DNA from: an uncultured Gammaproteobacteria bacterium
GTDB taxonomy: Bacteria; Patescibacteriota; Microgenomatia; UBA1406; HO2-37-13b
Direction: 5' to 3'
Assembly (NCBI GenBank): GCA_964413645.1
Contig: CAYPSA010000001.1
Coordinates: 159,129-223,128, forward strand
Length of the DNA: 64,000 bases
The position numbers and the translations under genes are program-made. The notes under the pieces are model-generated. The model made no database searches, had not been told where the DNA came from, and saw nothing but the letters and a program-made list of their open reading frames with translations. Within the stretch, counting starts at the first letter, position 1. Each line of letters opens with the position of its first letter. Of the stretch, positions 9,710 through 18,138 are shown piece by piece.

Positions 9710-9783
9710 CGCGACTGACCGGACTCGAACCGGCGACCTTCCGCGTGACAGGCGGACGCTCTAACCAACTGAGCTACAATCGC
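9710..9783 (-). tRNA. tRNA-Asp(GTC), intact
   Basis: GCGATTG/CAGTCGC acceptor stem, G discriminator, anticodon arm TCCGC-CT-GTC-AC-GCGGA, T-loop TTCGAGT. Confidence 0.96.
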
Positions 9784-10040
9784 TTTAAAGATATTTTTTT
9801 ATTCGTAACTATTTTATCAATTATTTCCTTACTTTTAAGCTTTTTCAGGCTGCTCTCAATCCTACGTGCTTCAATCAAAGTTTCAAACTGCTGACAAAAC
9901 ACCATTGTAAATGGTAATGTTGATTTCGTTGCTTTCACTTTTCCTCTATTGTGCTCATCTAATCTTCGGTCGATATCACTCGATGAGCCAATATAATATC
10001 TCTTATTCTTATCTGACTGTAAAATATAAACGAAACTCAT
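9774..10040 (-). CDS. Small stand-alone GIY-YIG nuclease (88 aa)
   Basis: FVYIL...RYYIGS..DIDRRLDEHN...EARRIE: both motif tyrosines, Arg, His-Asn and metal-binding Glu are present; ATG at 10040. Confidence 0.93.
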   Translation of the reverse strand: MSFVYILQSDKNKRYYIGSSSDIDRRLDEHNRGKVKATKSTLPFTMVFCQQFETLIEARRIESSLKKLKSKEIIDKIVTNKKISLKRL

Positions 10041-10097
10041 AACCGGCGACCTGTCCGACAACTGTCGGACCGCTCTAACCAACTGAGCTACAATCGC
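10041..10097 (-). pseudogene. 5' fragment of tRNA-Asp with palindromic replacement anticodon arm, truncated in the T-loop
   Basis: GCGATTGTAGCTCAGTTGGTTAGAGCG identical to tRNA-Asp 5' end, then GTCCGACAGTTGTCGGAC AGGTCGCCGGTT, then directly the ATG of the GIY-YIG gene. Confidence 0.92.
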
Positions 10098-10105
10098 TTT
10101 GTTAA

Positions 10106-10133
10106 ATTATACCATTTTTTATTCCAGTATAAT
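10106..10133. promoter_or_regulatory. Back-to-back -10 boxes: TGGTATAAT (minus, tRNA-fragment/GIY-YIG) and TATAAT (plus, polX)
   Basis: attatacca at 10106-10114; tataat at 10128-10133, 6 nt before the polX ATG. Confidence 0.7.
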
Positions 10134-10139
10134 AGAATA

Positions 10140-11906
10140 ATGCGTCCTTCCAACAAACAAATTGCTCACATTCTTCGATCGGTTGCTGCGGTATATGAAC
10201 TTAAAGGGGCGAATCGTTTTCGAATTATTGCGTACAATAATGCCGCGGATACGATTGATAATTTAAATAGGGAACTAGTTGATATTTGGGAGAACAAAGA
10301 ACTCTCAAAAATCGCAGGAATTGGATCGTCCATGACTGAGCGGCTTGCTGAGTATTTTGAAAAGGGAGATGATTCATATTTAATAAAAACGATTCAGGAG
10401 GTTCCGGCTCCTATTTTTGATTTAATGCGTGTACCAGGAATTGGGGTAAAAAAAGCGTTCAAGCTTGTATCAAATCTGCACTTAGAACAGTCTAAAGATA
10501 TATTTAGCGACATTATTGACCAAGCAAAAGCCGGAAATATTGCTCCACTTGATTCATTTGGTGAAAAATCGCAAGTAGAAATTATTGCAGCGGTTGAATT
10601 GTATGAAAAATCAAAGGGAAATGCAGATCGTATGCCATTACCTATTGCTCATGAACTGGCAATGGAGGTAATTGCGTACGTAAAAAAACATCCTCATGTT
10701 GGTGAAGTTGAAGCGCTCGGGTCACTGCGCCGATGGATGAGTACGATAGGAGATATTGATTTGGTTGCAATAGTGCCTACGGAGCATTTTGCATCGGTTA
10801 TCGAGCATTTTGTTAAATTTCCAGGAGCTGCCAAAATTGAAGCACAAGGAGAAAATAAGGCATCAATAATTTTGGCAAATGGTCGACGGATTGATCTGCG
10901 CGTCGTAGAGAGTGGGGTCTACGGGTCGATGATCCAGTATTTTACTGGTAGCAAAGCGCATAATATTAAGCTTCGAGAATTAGCGCTCAAAAAGGGATAC
11001 TCAATCTCCGAATACGGTATTGGCGATAAGAGCGAGAAAGGAACAATCGGACGGTCAAAAACATTTGCATCCGAAAAGGATTTTTATGAATATTTAGGTG
11101 TAGATTGGATTCCGCCTGAACTACGTGAAGGAACGAGTGAGGTTGATATTGCGGTTAAACACGAGATTCCGGAGCTCGTAAAAGTTTCCGATGTAAAAGG
11201 AGATTTTCATATACATTCTAATTACGATTTAAACACTTCTCACGATCTTGGCCACGAAAGCGTTGTCGACATAGCTCAAAAAGCTCAATCACTCGGTTAT
11301 GAATATATTGCAATTTCCGATCACAATCCTGCTCAAAATGTCCCTAAGGAGAAAGTAATTGAAATAATGAAAAAAAGATTCGAACATATGAAATCGCAAA
11401 AAACTGTAATTCCATGTTTTGTTTCGCTTGAAATAGATATTACTCCTAGCGGAGATCTTGCACTGCCCGAAGAAGCATTTAACTATTTAGATATGGCAGT
11501 CGTTTCATTGCACAGTTCATTTCGACAAAGTCGTACCGACATGACAAAACGAGTTTTAAAAGCGCTTTCACACGAAAAAGTAAAAATCTTTGGGCATCCA
11601 ACCGGTCGACAATTGGGTAAGCGACCTGAAGTAGATGTTGATTGGACGACTGTTTTTAAGTTTTGTAAAGAAAAAAATATAGCACTTGAAATTAATAGTT
11701 GGCCTGAACGGTTAGATCTTCCTGACATGCTCGTCCGTGAAGCAAAGGAGATCGGATGTAAATTCACCATCGATACCGATGCCCATGCTATCTCACAAAT
11801 GGATAACATGTTTTATGGCGTTTCCGTTGCACGTCGCGGGTGGCTTGACAAGAATGATATAATGAACTGTAAGGGGTATAAAGAAGTAGTTAAATGGATT
11901 GGCTAG
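10140..11906 (+). CDS. polX: DNA polymerase X / PHP 3'-5' exonuclease
   Basis: HhH motifs, GSLRR..GDIDL, RIDLR, YFTGSKAHN, PPELRE; PHP motifs DFHIHS, SDH, GHPTGR, DAH. Confidence 0.95.
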   Translation: MRPSNKQIAHILRSVAAVYELKGANRFRIIAYNNAADTIDNLNRELVDIWENKELSKIAGIGSSMTERLAEYFEKGDDSYLIKTIQEVPAPIFDLMRVPGIGVKKAFKLVSNLHLEQSKDIFSDIIDQAKAGNIAPLDSFGEKSQVEIIAAVELYEKSKGNADRMPLPIAHELAMEVIAYVKKHPHVGEVEALGSLRRWMSTIGDIDLVAIVPTEHFASVIEHFVKFPGAAKIEAQGENKASIILANGRRIDLRVVESGVYGSMIQYFTGSKAHNIKLRELALKKGYSISEYGIGDKSEKGTIGRSKTFASEKDFYEYLGVDWIPPELREGTSEVDIAVKHEIPELVKVSDVKGDFHIHSNYDLNTSHDLGHESVVDIAQKAQSLGYEYIAISDHNPAQNVPKEKVIEIMKKRFEHMKSQKTVIPCFVSLEIDITPSGDLALPEEAFNYLDMAVVSLHSSFRQSRTDMTKRVLKALSHEKVKIFGHPTGRQLGKRPEVDVDWTTVFKFCKEKNIALEINSWPERLDLPDMLVREAKEIGCKFTIDTDAHAISQMDNMFYGVSVARRGWLDKNDIMNCKGYKEVVKWIG

Positions 11907-11980
11907 TTGTCTTTTCGAAGGAGTGAAATGACTGAGAAATCTCTGAAGATGCGAAAACATTATAAATTGCAAATATAAAT

Positions 11981-12535
11981 ATGAATATAACCATGATACT
12001 GATTGTCGTATTAGTTTTGTTTGTTGGGTATGTTTTTGCAACATACAACAGTCTCGTTACACTTAGAAATCGCATTAAAGAAGCATTTTCTCAAATTGAT
12101 GTGCAGCTTAAACGACGGGTGGATTTAATTCCGAATTTAATTGAAACCGTTAAAGGCTATGCAAAACATGAGAAAACTGTTTTTGAAAATGTAACCAAAG
12201 CACGCTCTGCTTTAATGGGAGCAACAACTAAGCAAGCAAAGTCAGATGCAGATAATATGCTCACCGACGCTCTTAAGAGCTTATTTGCTGTTGCAGAAGC
12301 GTATCCAGATCTTAAGGCTTCAGAAAATTTTTCTCAATTGCAACGTCAGCTTGAAGACACAGAAGATAAAATTGCTTATTCACGACAGTTTTATAACAGC
12401 AATGTGCTAGATTACAACAATAAAATTCAAACGGTTCCAAGCAGTGTAATTGCTAATATGTTTAACTTTAAAGAAGAAGCTTTCTTTGAAGCAACCGAAG
12501 CCGAGAAAAAAAATGTTAACGTAAAATTTGATTAA
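11981..12535 (+). CDS. lemA: LemA family protein
   Basis: [35 protein letters not shown]. Confidence 0.96.
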   Translation: MNITMILIVVLVLFVGYVFATYNSLVTLRNRIKEAFSQIDVQLKRRVDLIPNLIETVKGYAKHEKTVFENVTKARSALMGATTKQAKSDADNMLTDALKSLFAVAEAYPDLKASENFSQLQRQLEDTEDKIAYSRQFYNSNVLDYNNKIQTVPSSVIANMFNFKEEAFFEATEAEKKNVNVKFD

Positions 12536-12549
12536 CGAAGTAAATTCTT

Positions 12550-13449
12550 ATGACGACACATAACCAAGTTGCCGGTAATAAAGCAAAAACATATGTAATT
12601 ATGTTTTTCTTTGTGGCGTTTGTGTCATTTTTCTTTTACTTAATCGGTAAAAATTTAGGTGACTCGTCATTTTATTTAGCTTTTGGACTTATTTTCTCTC
12701 TTATATCTTCAGTGGGAAGTTACTTTTACTCAGATAAGCTTGTATTGGCAATGAGTGGAGCAAAACCCGCCGACAAAAAAACATATTTTGATTTGTATAC
12801 CGTTACCGAGAATATGGCAATTGCAGCCGGCGTTCCCATGCCGCGGGTATATGTTATTGAAGACAGCGCAATGAACGCTTTTGCAACTGGTCGCGATCCG
12901 CAGCATGCAGTCGTTGTTGCTACAACGGGGATTCTCAGCAAATTAAATCGTGCCGAACTTGAAGGTGTTATTGCTCATGAGCTATCACACATAAAAAATT
13001 ACGATATTCGATTAATGGCTGTAGTTGCAGTACTTGTTGGAACCGTTGTTTTTGTTGCTGATTGGATAACTCGAAGTTTCATGTGGGGTGGCATGCGAGA
13101 TTCGGATGACGATTCTGCAAGCGGTAAAGCAAGTTTTATTTTGTTTATAATCTTCCTTTTCGTTACTCCAATTATTGCAACACTTATTCAATTGGCAGTT
13201 TCTCGTCGTCGCGAGTATTTAGCTGATGCTTCAGGAGCACTTCTTAATCGTAATCCCGATGCACTTGCCGATGCACTTTTAAAGATTTCAGGAGATAGCA
13301 AAATCCTAGCAAAAGCATCCAACGCAACCGCACATTTATTTATTGAAAATCCATTTAAAAAAGATTCAAAAAAGACCAATTTTGTAGCCGGCTTATTTAG
13401 TACACATCCACCGGTCGACGAACGAATCAGGCTTTTGAGAGAGATGTAG
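12550..13449 (+). CDS. htpX: Zinc metalloprotease HtpX (M48)
   Basis: NAFATG, HELSH, SRRREYLAD, FSTHPP. Confidence 0.95.
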   Translation: MTTHNQVAGNKAKTYVIMFFFVAFVSFFFYLIGKNLGDSSFYLAFGLIFSLISSVGSYFYSDKLVLAMSGAKPADKKTYFDLYTVTENMAIAAGVPMPRVYVIEDSAMNAFATGRDPQHAVVVATTGILSKLNRAELEGVIAHELSHIKNYDIRLMAVVAVLVGTVVFVADWITRSFMWGGMRDSDDDSASGKASFILFIIFLFVTPIIATLIQLAVSRRREYLADASGALLNRNPDALADALLKISGDSKILAKASNATAHLFIENPFKKDSKKTNFVAGLFSTHPPVDERIRLLREM

Positions 13450-13456
13450 ACTTTTA

Positions 13457-13526
13457 GTCATTCTGAGTGACGCTACTGTCATTCTGAGCCAGAGGCGACC
13501 TGCCTGCCGGCAGGCAGGAGAATGAC
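13457..13526. repeat. GTCAT-tagged palindromic repeat with nested CCTGCCTGCCGGCAGGCAGG palindrome
   Basis: gtcattctgag at 13457 and 13478, perfect 20-bp palindrome at 13499-13518, closing agaatgac. Confidence 0.85.
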
Positions 13527-13536
13527 AGCTAATTTT

Positions 13537-14202
13537 ATGATTAAAAACGAAACCCCCGAAGACATTCTAGATCGCAAAGAACGTGCAAAAATTGTAAATC
13601 AACAACTCACCAAGCTTTTTCCTGAACCAAAAGTAGAACTAAATTATTCAAATGTGTGGGAGCTTTTGGTAGCAGTTATTTTGTCTGCCCAGTGCACCGA
13701 TAAACGAGTCAATATTGTTACAGAAAAATTATTCAAAAAGTATCCAACAATTACCGACTACTGTAATGTTTCATCTGAAGAATTTGAAAAAGATGTCGCA
13801 TCTATTAATTTCTTTCGTAACAAAACTAAAAATATTCTTGCGGCTGCAAAATTAATTCATAATAGTTTTGGAGGAGTAGTACCCAAAACTATGGCAGAGC
13901 TCATGTCTGTTCCAGGAGTAGCTCGTAAAACTGCAAATGTAATATTGAACGACGGATATGATATACAGGAAGGCATAATTGTAGATACTCACGTAATACG
14001 ATTGTCTAATAAATTTAAACTTACCGACGAAAAAGATCCAGTAAAAATCGAACGTGATCTTATGGAAATAGTTCCGAAGAAAGAGTGGAAATATTTTTCA
14101 CATCGTTTAGTGCATTATGGACGACGAATTTCAAAAGCACGTCATACGCTCAGCAATGATGATCCAGTGAGTGTGGCTCTTGCAGCCGCGCATTTAGCCT
14201 AG
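13537..14202 (+). CDS. nth: Endonuclease III (lacks the C-terminal 4Fe-4S Cys motif)
   Basis: LLVAVILSAQCTD, HhH PGVARKTAN, VDTHV; the ATG at 13522 lies inside the repeat, so 13537 is preferred. Confidence 0.9.
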   Translation: MIKNETPEDILDRKERAKIVNQQLTKLFPEPKVELNYSNVWELLVAVILSAQCTDKRVNIVTEKLFKKYPTITDYCNVSSEEFEKDVASINFFRNKTKNILAAAKLIHNSFGGVVPKTMAELMSVPGVARKTANVILNDGYDIQEGIIVDTHVIRLSNKFKLTDEKDPVKIERDLMEIVPKKEWKYFSHRLVHYGRRISKARHTLSNDDPVSVALAAAHLA

Positions 14203-14234
14203 ATTTTCATTCTAACGTGCAGTACAATAGCTGC

Positions 14235-14528
14235 ATGAATATAGACGTTAAAAGGATTGCGAAATTGGCTCGTTTAACGATTCCCGACGAACAGATTCCG
14301 ACATTGGAAAAAGAGATTTCTTCAATTATTACCTACATCGATACACTTCAAGAATTAGATACTTCTGAAGTTGTTCCAACAAACCAGGTAACTGGACTTA
14401 CCCACGTAGTACGCCAAGATACCGTTGAATATAACACAATTTTAGCCCCGGAATTAGCGCTTTCAAATGCGCCCCAAGTAAAAGATAATTATTTTGTTGT
14501 TAAAGCAGTTTTTGAAAATAATGAATAA
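14235..14528 (+). CDS. gatC: Asp/Glu-tRNA amidotransferase subunit C
   Basis: IAKLARL, L.ELDT..V.PT, LSNAP...YFVV; directly upstream of gatA. Confidence 0.93.
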   Translation: MNIDVKRIAKLARLTIPDEQIPTLEKEISSIITYIDTLQELDTSEVVPTNQVTGLTHVVRQDTVEYNTILAPELALSNAPQVKDNYFVVKAVFENNE

Positions 14529-15951
14529 TATAAGCGATCTTACCATTGAAAAAGCTCAAGAGCTCCTTAGAAATAAAGAGCTTTCTGCTTCGGATCTTGT
14601 TGGCGCATGTATGGATAATATCATCAAGCATAATCCCACATTGAATGCTGTACTTACTGTCAATGGCACCGCGCTTGCCGATGCAAAAGAAGCAGATGCT
14701 CTTATTGCGCAAGACCCAAATATTTTTCAAGAGAAGCCACTTTTGGGTATTCCATTGCTCCATAAAGATGTTTATTCGACTAAAAATCTACGAACTACCG
14801 CAGCTTCAAAAGTTTTGGAAGAATATATTCCTCCGTATGATGCCACCGTCGTAAAGAAATTGCAAGAAGCTGGCGCTATAACGTTGGGAAAGACAAATCT
14901 AGACGCATGGGCGCACGGATCATCCGGTGAAAATTCAGATTTTGGTGCTACAAAAAATCCATATGACTTAGAAAGAACTCCAGGGGGATCAAGTAGCGGG
15001 TCTGCTGCCGCACTAGTGGCAGGTATGAGTTTGGTTACAACTGGCACAGACACGGGAGGATCAATTCGACTGCCAGCAGCTTTTTGCAACATCGTGGGTC
15101 TGAAACCAACATACGGTCGAGTGTCGCGATATGGAATTATAGCAATGGGATCTTCATTTGATTCCATTGGTCATTTTACACGAACAGTAACTGATAGTGC
15201 CAAAATTCTTTCTGTAACTGCTGGTTTAGACCGTCACGACGGTACAACAGTTCCACATACTCCCCCCCAGTATCATGAGAATTTGTCAGCGACCTCACTC
15301 AAAGGAAAAAAAATTGGAATCGTTAAAGAATTTGATCAAACAGGTTCCGATAAAGAAGTATCAGACGTGACAAAAAAAGCAATTCAAAAAATACAATCAC
15401 TTGGAGCAGAAATTGTAGAAATATCACTTCCACATGCAAAGTATGCTATTGCAACCTATTATATTCTTATACCTGCGGAAGTAAGCTCTAACTTGGGTCG
15501 TATGACAGGAACACGCTTTGGTAAGGGGTTTGAGGCTTTCGGCGATGAAGCAAAACGACGTATTATTATTGGCACCTACACATTATCGGCAGGGTATTAT
15601 GATGCGTATTATAATAAAGCGCTCAAAGTTCGCACGCTTATTAAAAATGATTTTGACAAAGCATTTGAAAAAGTTGACGCACTTGTATGCCCGGTTTCTC
15701 CAACCGTTCCATTTAAACTTGGCGAAAAAGCCAAAGATCCATTAGCGATGTATTTATGTGATGTGTTTATAGCTCCCATGAGCTTGGCCGGCGTTCCATC
15801 ACTATCAGTTCCAGCCGGATCAGTCAATGGTTTGCCGGTGGGAATTCAATTTGTGACAAAACATTTCGATGAAGAAAGTCTTTATAAGATTGCCTTTGCC
15901 TACGAGCAGGCGAGAGGAGATATTGAAGGATTAAATAAAGTGTCATCCTGA
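14521..15951 (+). CDS. gatA: Asp/Glu-tRNA amidotransferase subunit A
   Basis: Amidase signature PGGSSSGSAAA, TDTGGSIRLPA, GLKPTYGRVSRYG; YYDAYY. Confidence 0.96.
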   Translation: MNNISDLTIEKAQELLRNKELSASDLVGACMDNIIKHNPTLNAVLTVNGTALADAKEADALIAQDPNIFQEKPLLGIPLLHKDVYSTKNLRTTAASKVLEEYIPPYDATVVKKLQEAGAITLGKTNLDAWAHGSSGENSDFGATKNPYDLERTPGGSSSGSAAALVAGMSLVTTGTDTGGSIRLPAAFCNIVGLKPTYGRVSRYGIIAMGSSFDSIGHFTRTVTDSAKILSVTAGLDRHDGTTVPHTPPQYHENLSATSLKGKKIGIVKEFDQTGSDKEVSDVTKKAIQKIQSLGAEIVEISLPHAKYAIATYYILIPAEVSSNLGRMTGTRFGKGFEAFGDEAKRRIIIGTYTLSAGYYDAYYNKALKVRTLIKNDFDKAFEKVDALVCPVSPTVPFKLGEKAKDPLAMYLCDVFIAPMSLAGVPSLSVPAGSVNGLPVGIQFVTKHFDEESLYKIAFAYEQARGDIEGLNKVSS

Positions 15952-15991
15952 ACGATCAGTCTGTCATCCTGAGGCAGAGCCGAAGGAGCTC
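15942..15991. repeat. GTCAT-tagged repeat doublet at gatA-gatB junction
   Basis: gtcatcctga at 15942 (includes the gatA TGA) and gtcatcctgag-gcagagc-cgaaggagctc at 15963. Confidence 0.8.
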
Positions 15992-16008
15992 AGTAAAATA
16001 CTAATATT

Positions 16009-17358
16009 ATGAATAATTACAAACCAACAATCGGACTTGAAATTCATGTAGAGCTTTCAACTAAAAGTAAAATGTTTTGTAGTTGTCCTGCTGACTGGTT
16101 TGGAAAAAAACCAAATACTCATACGTGTCCAGTTTGTTTAGGATTACCAGGAGCTCTTCCTGTTGCCAACGAAAAAGCAATTGAATGGACAATAAAAATT
16201 GCTCAGGCACTTAACTGCACCATTCCATCAATCTCAAAGTTCGATCGAAAGCATTATATTTACCCCGATCTTCCAAAAAGCTTTCAGCTTAGTCAATATG
16301 ACGAACCTATTGGACAAAAGGGAAGCCTAAGTGTGCATTTTGATTCAATTGATAGTATCAAAAGCTTTGGAATAACCCGCGTACATTTAGAAGAAGATGC
16401 CGGAAAACTTATTCATAATGGTACTGAGTCTTGGGTTGATTACAATCGATCTGGAGTTCCGTTAGTAGAAATAGTAACTGAACCAGATTTCCATTATTCT
16501 TCAGAAGTAAAAAAATTTCTTGAAGAATTACATAACCTTATTAGGGCATTAGAAGTTTCGGATGCGAATATGGAAGAAGGTTCTATGCGACTTGAGCCGA
16601 ATATATCCGTTGGCTTGTCATCTTCGACCTCGCTGCCTCCATATAAAGTTGAGGTAAAAAATATCAATTCATTCAAGTTTGCTAAAAATGCAATTGATTA
16701 CGAAGTAAAACGACATATAGAAATTCTTGAAAAAGGAGAAATTCCGGTGCAAGAAACTCGAGGATATGTAGAAAAGAATGCATCTACTATTTCCCAACGT
16801 ATTAAGGAAGAAGCACAAGATTACCGATATTTTCCAGAACCCGATATTCCACCACTGATGTTCTCAAATGAGTATGTCGAGAGTATTAAGCGTACAATTC
16901 CCGAATTACCCTCCGCACGACTTGTTCGATATGTAAAAAATGAGGGAGTCTCGTTTAACGATGCTTATATCATTACGCGCAGTGTAGAACTTACAGAGTA
17001 TTTTGAAAAACTCATCGTCATTCTGAGATCCTTGCCTGCCGGCATGCAGGAAGCGAAGAATCCGAGTGTTACATCATCTAGACTCGCTTCTATGCTCGTA
17101 AACAAACGCATTTCGATGGCCGATTCTCCTAAGGACTCAATCAAAAAAGCAGTCGACTCATCTTCTCCAATCCAGACAGACGAATCAGCGCTCTCAGAAG
17201 CAATTAAAAAAGTAATTTCCGAGCAACCCAAAGCCGTAGCAGAGTACAAATCAGGCAAGGAAACAGTCCTTATGTTCCTAGTTGGAATGGTTATGCGTGA
17301 AATGAAAGGTCAGGCAGATGCGAATACGGTGAAAGAAAGCCTGATTAAATCTCTCTAG
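16009..17358 (+). CDS. gatB: Asp/Glu-tRNA amidotransferase subunit B
   Basis: IGLEIHVEL, RKHYIYPDLPK, HLEEDAGK, NRSGVPLVEIVTEPD, DYRYFPEPD. Confidence 0.97.
   Translation: MNNYKPTIGLEIHVELSTKSKMFCSCPADWFGKKPNTHTCPVCLGLPGALPVANEKAIEWTIKIAQALNCTIPSISKFDRKHYIYPDLPKSFQLSQYDEPIGQKGSLSVHFDSIDSIKSFGITRVHLEEDAGKLIHNGTESWVDYNRSGVPLVEIVTEPDFHYSSEVKKFLEELHNLIRALEVSDANMEEGSMRLEPNISVGLSSSTSLPPYKVEVKNINSFKFAKNAIDYEVKRHIEILEKGEIPVQETRGYVEKNASTISQRIKEEAQDYRYFPEPDIPPLMFSNEYVESIKRTIPELPSARLVRYVKNEGVSFNDAYIITRSVELTEYFEKLIVILRSLPAGMQEAKNPSVTSSRLASMLVNKRISMADSPKDSIKKAVDSSSPIQTDESALSEAIKKVISEQPKAVAEYKSGKETVLMFLVGMVMREMKGQADANTVKESLIKSL
17017..17063. repeat. GTCAT-tagged repeat inserted in-frame inside gatB
   Basis: gtcattctgag-atccttgcctgccggcatgcaggaag-cgaagaatcc, translated as VILRSLPAGMQEAKNP. 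Confidence 0.85.
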
Positions 17359-18079
17359 CCCCAAATTCTCGGGGAATCATGCGAACATATAGCCCATTGT
17401 TCCAGTTTGTAAATTCGGATAAAGCGCCGTACTCACCCTCAAATCTGTCTGTATTGATAGTATGAAGCGGCATATCCTCTCCTTTGTCGTAAGGTGTTAT
17501 TTCGTGTAATCCACTTGATCGATTGACCGCCTCCTTTAAAGGATAGAGCAGCGTAAGGTAGCTGTCAGAAACAGCGTCAATACGAAACCCTGCTTTTAAT
17601 TTAGCTTGAATAGAAGCGGGCTTGCTTAATTTTACTCGAGTTACTACGAGGGGTAGATTACTTTGTGAAGCCCACCCAACGCGTGCTTGAGTAATTTGAG
17701 TATTTAGCCCGTGTCCACGGTATTCAGCTTGAGTAAATGCATCAGTTATAAATGCATAGCGAGATTTCGCTGATAAATGATAATAAGGATAATGACAGCT
17801 TTGAGCACGAACACTACCAGCAGCAATTATTTGATTTTGATCGAATACTGCAAAAACTGCAGGATCTAAATAACTATCTCCAGTTCCAACAAGCCCGTTT
17901 GTGTCTAAAATATTTTCGTAATACTTAAATTTTCTAGATTTGTGATCATCTGAAAGAGGATGCCCATCATGAGCATTTTTCCAGATTTCCCAGTCTACCA
18001 GTTCATTAACGGTCTGTAGTCTTCTGGCTGGACCCACTCTCAATACGTCCTTGGGTGGCTCTAAAAGTATTTCTTTCAT
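17345..18079 (-). CDS. GNAT-family N-acetyltransferase
   Basis: Motif A 'FTQAEYRGHGLNT' and motif B 'ASIQAKLKAGF'. Confidence 0.7.
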   Translation of the reverse strand: MKEILLEPPKDVLRVGPARRLQTVNELVDWEIWKNAHDGHPLSDDHKSRKFKYYENILDTNGLVGTGDSYLDPAVFAVFDQNQIIAAGSVRAQSCHYPYYHLSAKSRYAFITDAFTQAEYRGHGLNTQITQARVGWASQSNLPLVVTRVKLSKPASIQAKLKAGFRIDAVSDSYLTLLYPLKEAVNRSSGLHEITPYDKGEDMPLHTINTDRFEGEYGALSEFTNWNNGLYVRMIPREFGAREI

Positions 18080-18138
18080 GTCCTATATATATCAAATCGC
18101 ACGTAGACACTCTCCCGCATCTTTTGTATACTGTGCAC

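Noticed and set aside
9404-9783. CRISPR array interpretation of the 76-bp repeats
   Set aside because: Units are identical end to end with no unique spacers, derive from tRNA-Asp, and no cas genes are present in the window
9388-9894. ORFs 9535-9768, 9703-9894 and the N-terminal extension of ORF 8308-9474
   Set aside because: They are translations of tRNA and repeat sequence
9774-10097. Group I intron with a homing endonuclease in tRNA-Asp, or an integrase attL/attR pair
   Set aside because: The ORF fills the whole interval, leaving no room for a ribozyme core; the downstream tRNA is already complete; there is no integrase, and the duplicated part is the 5' rather than the 3' end
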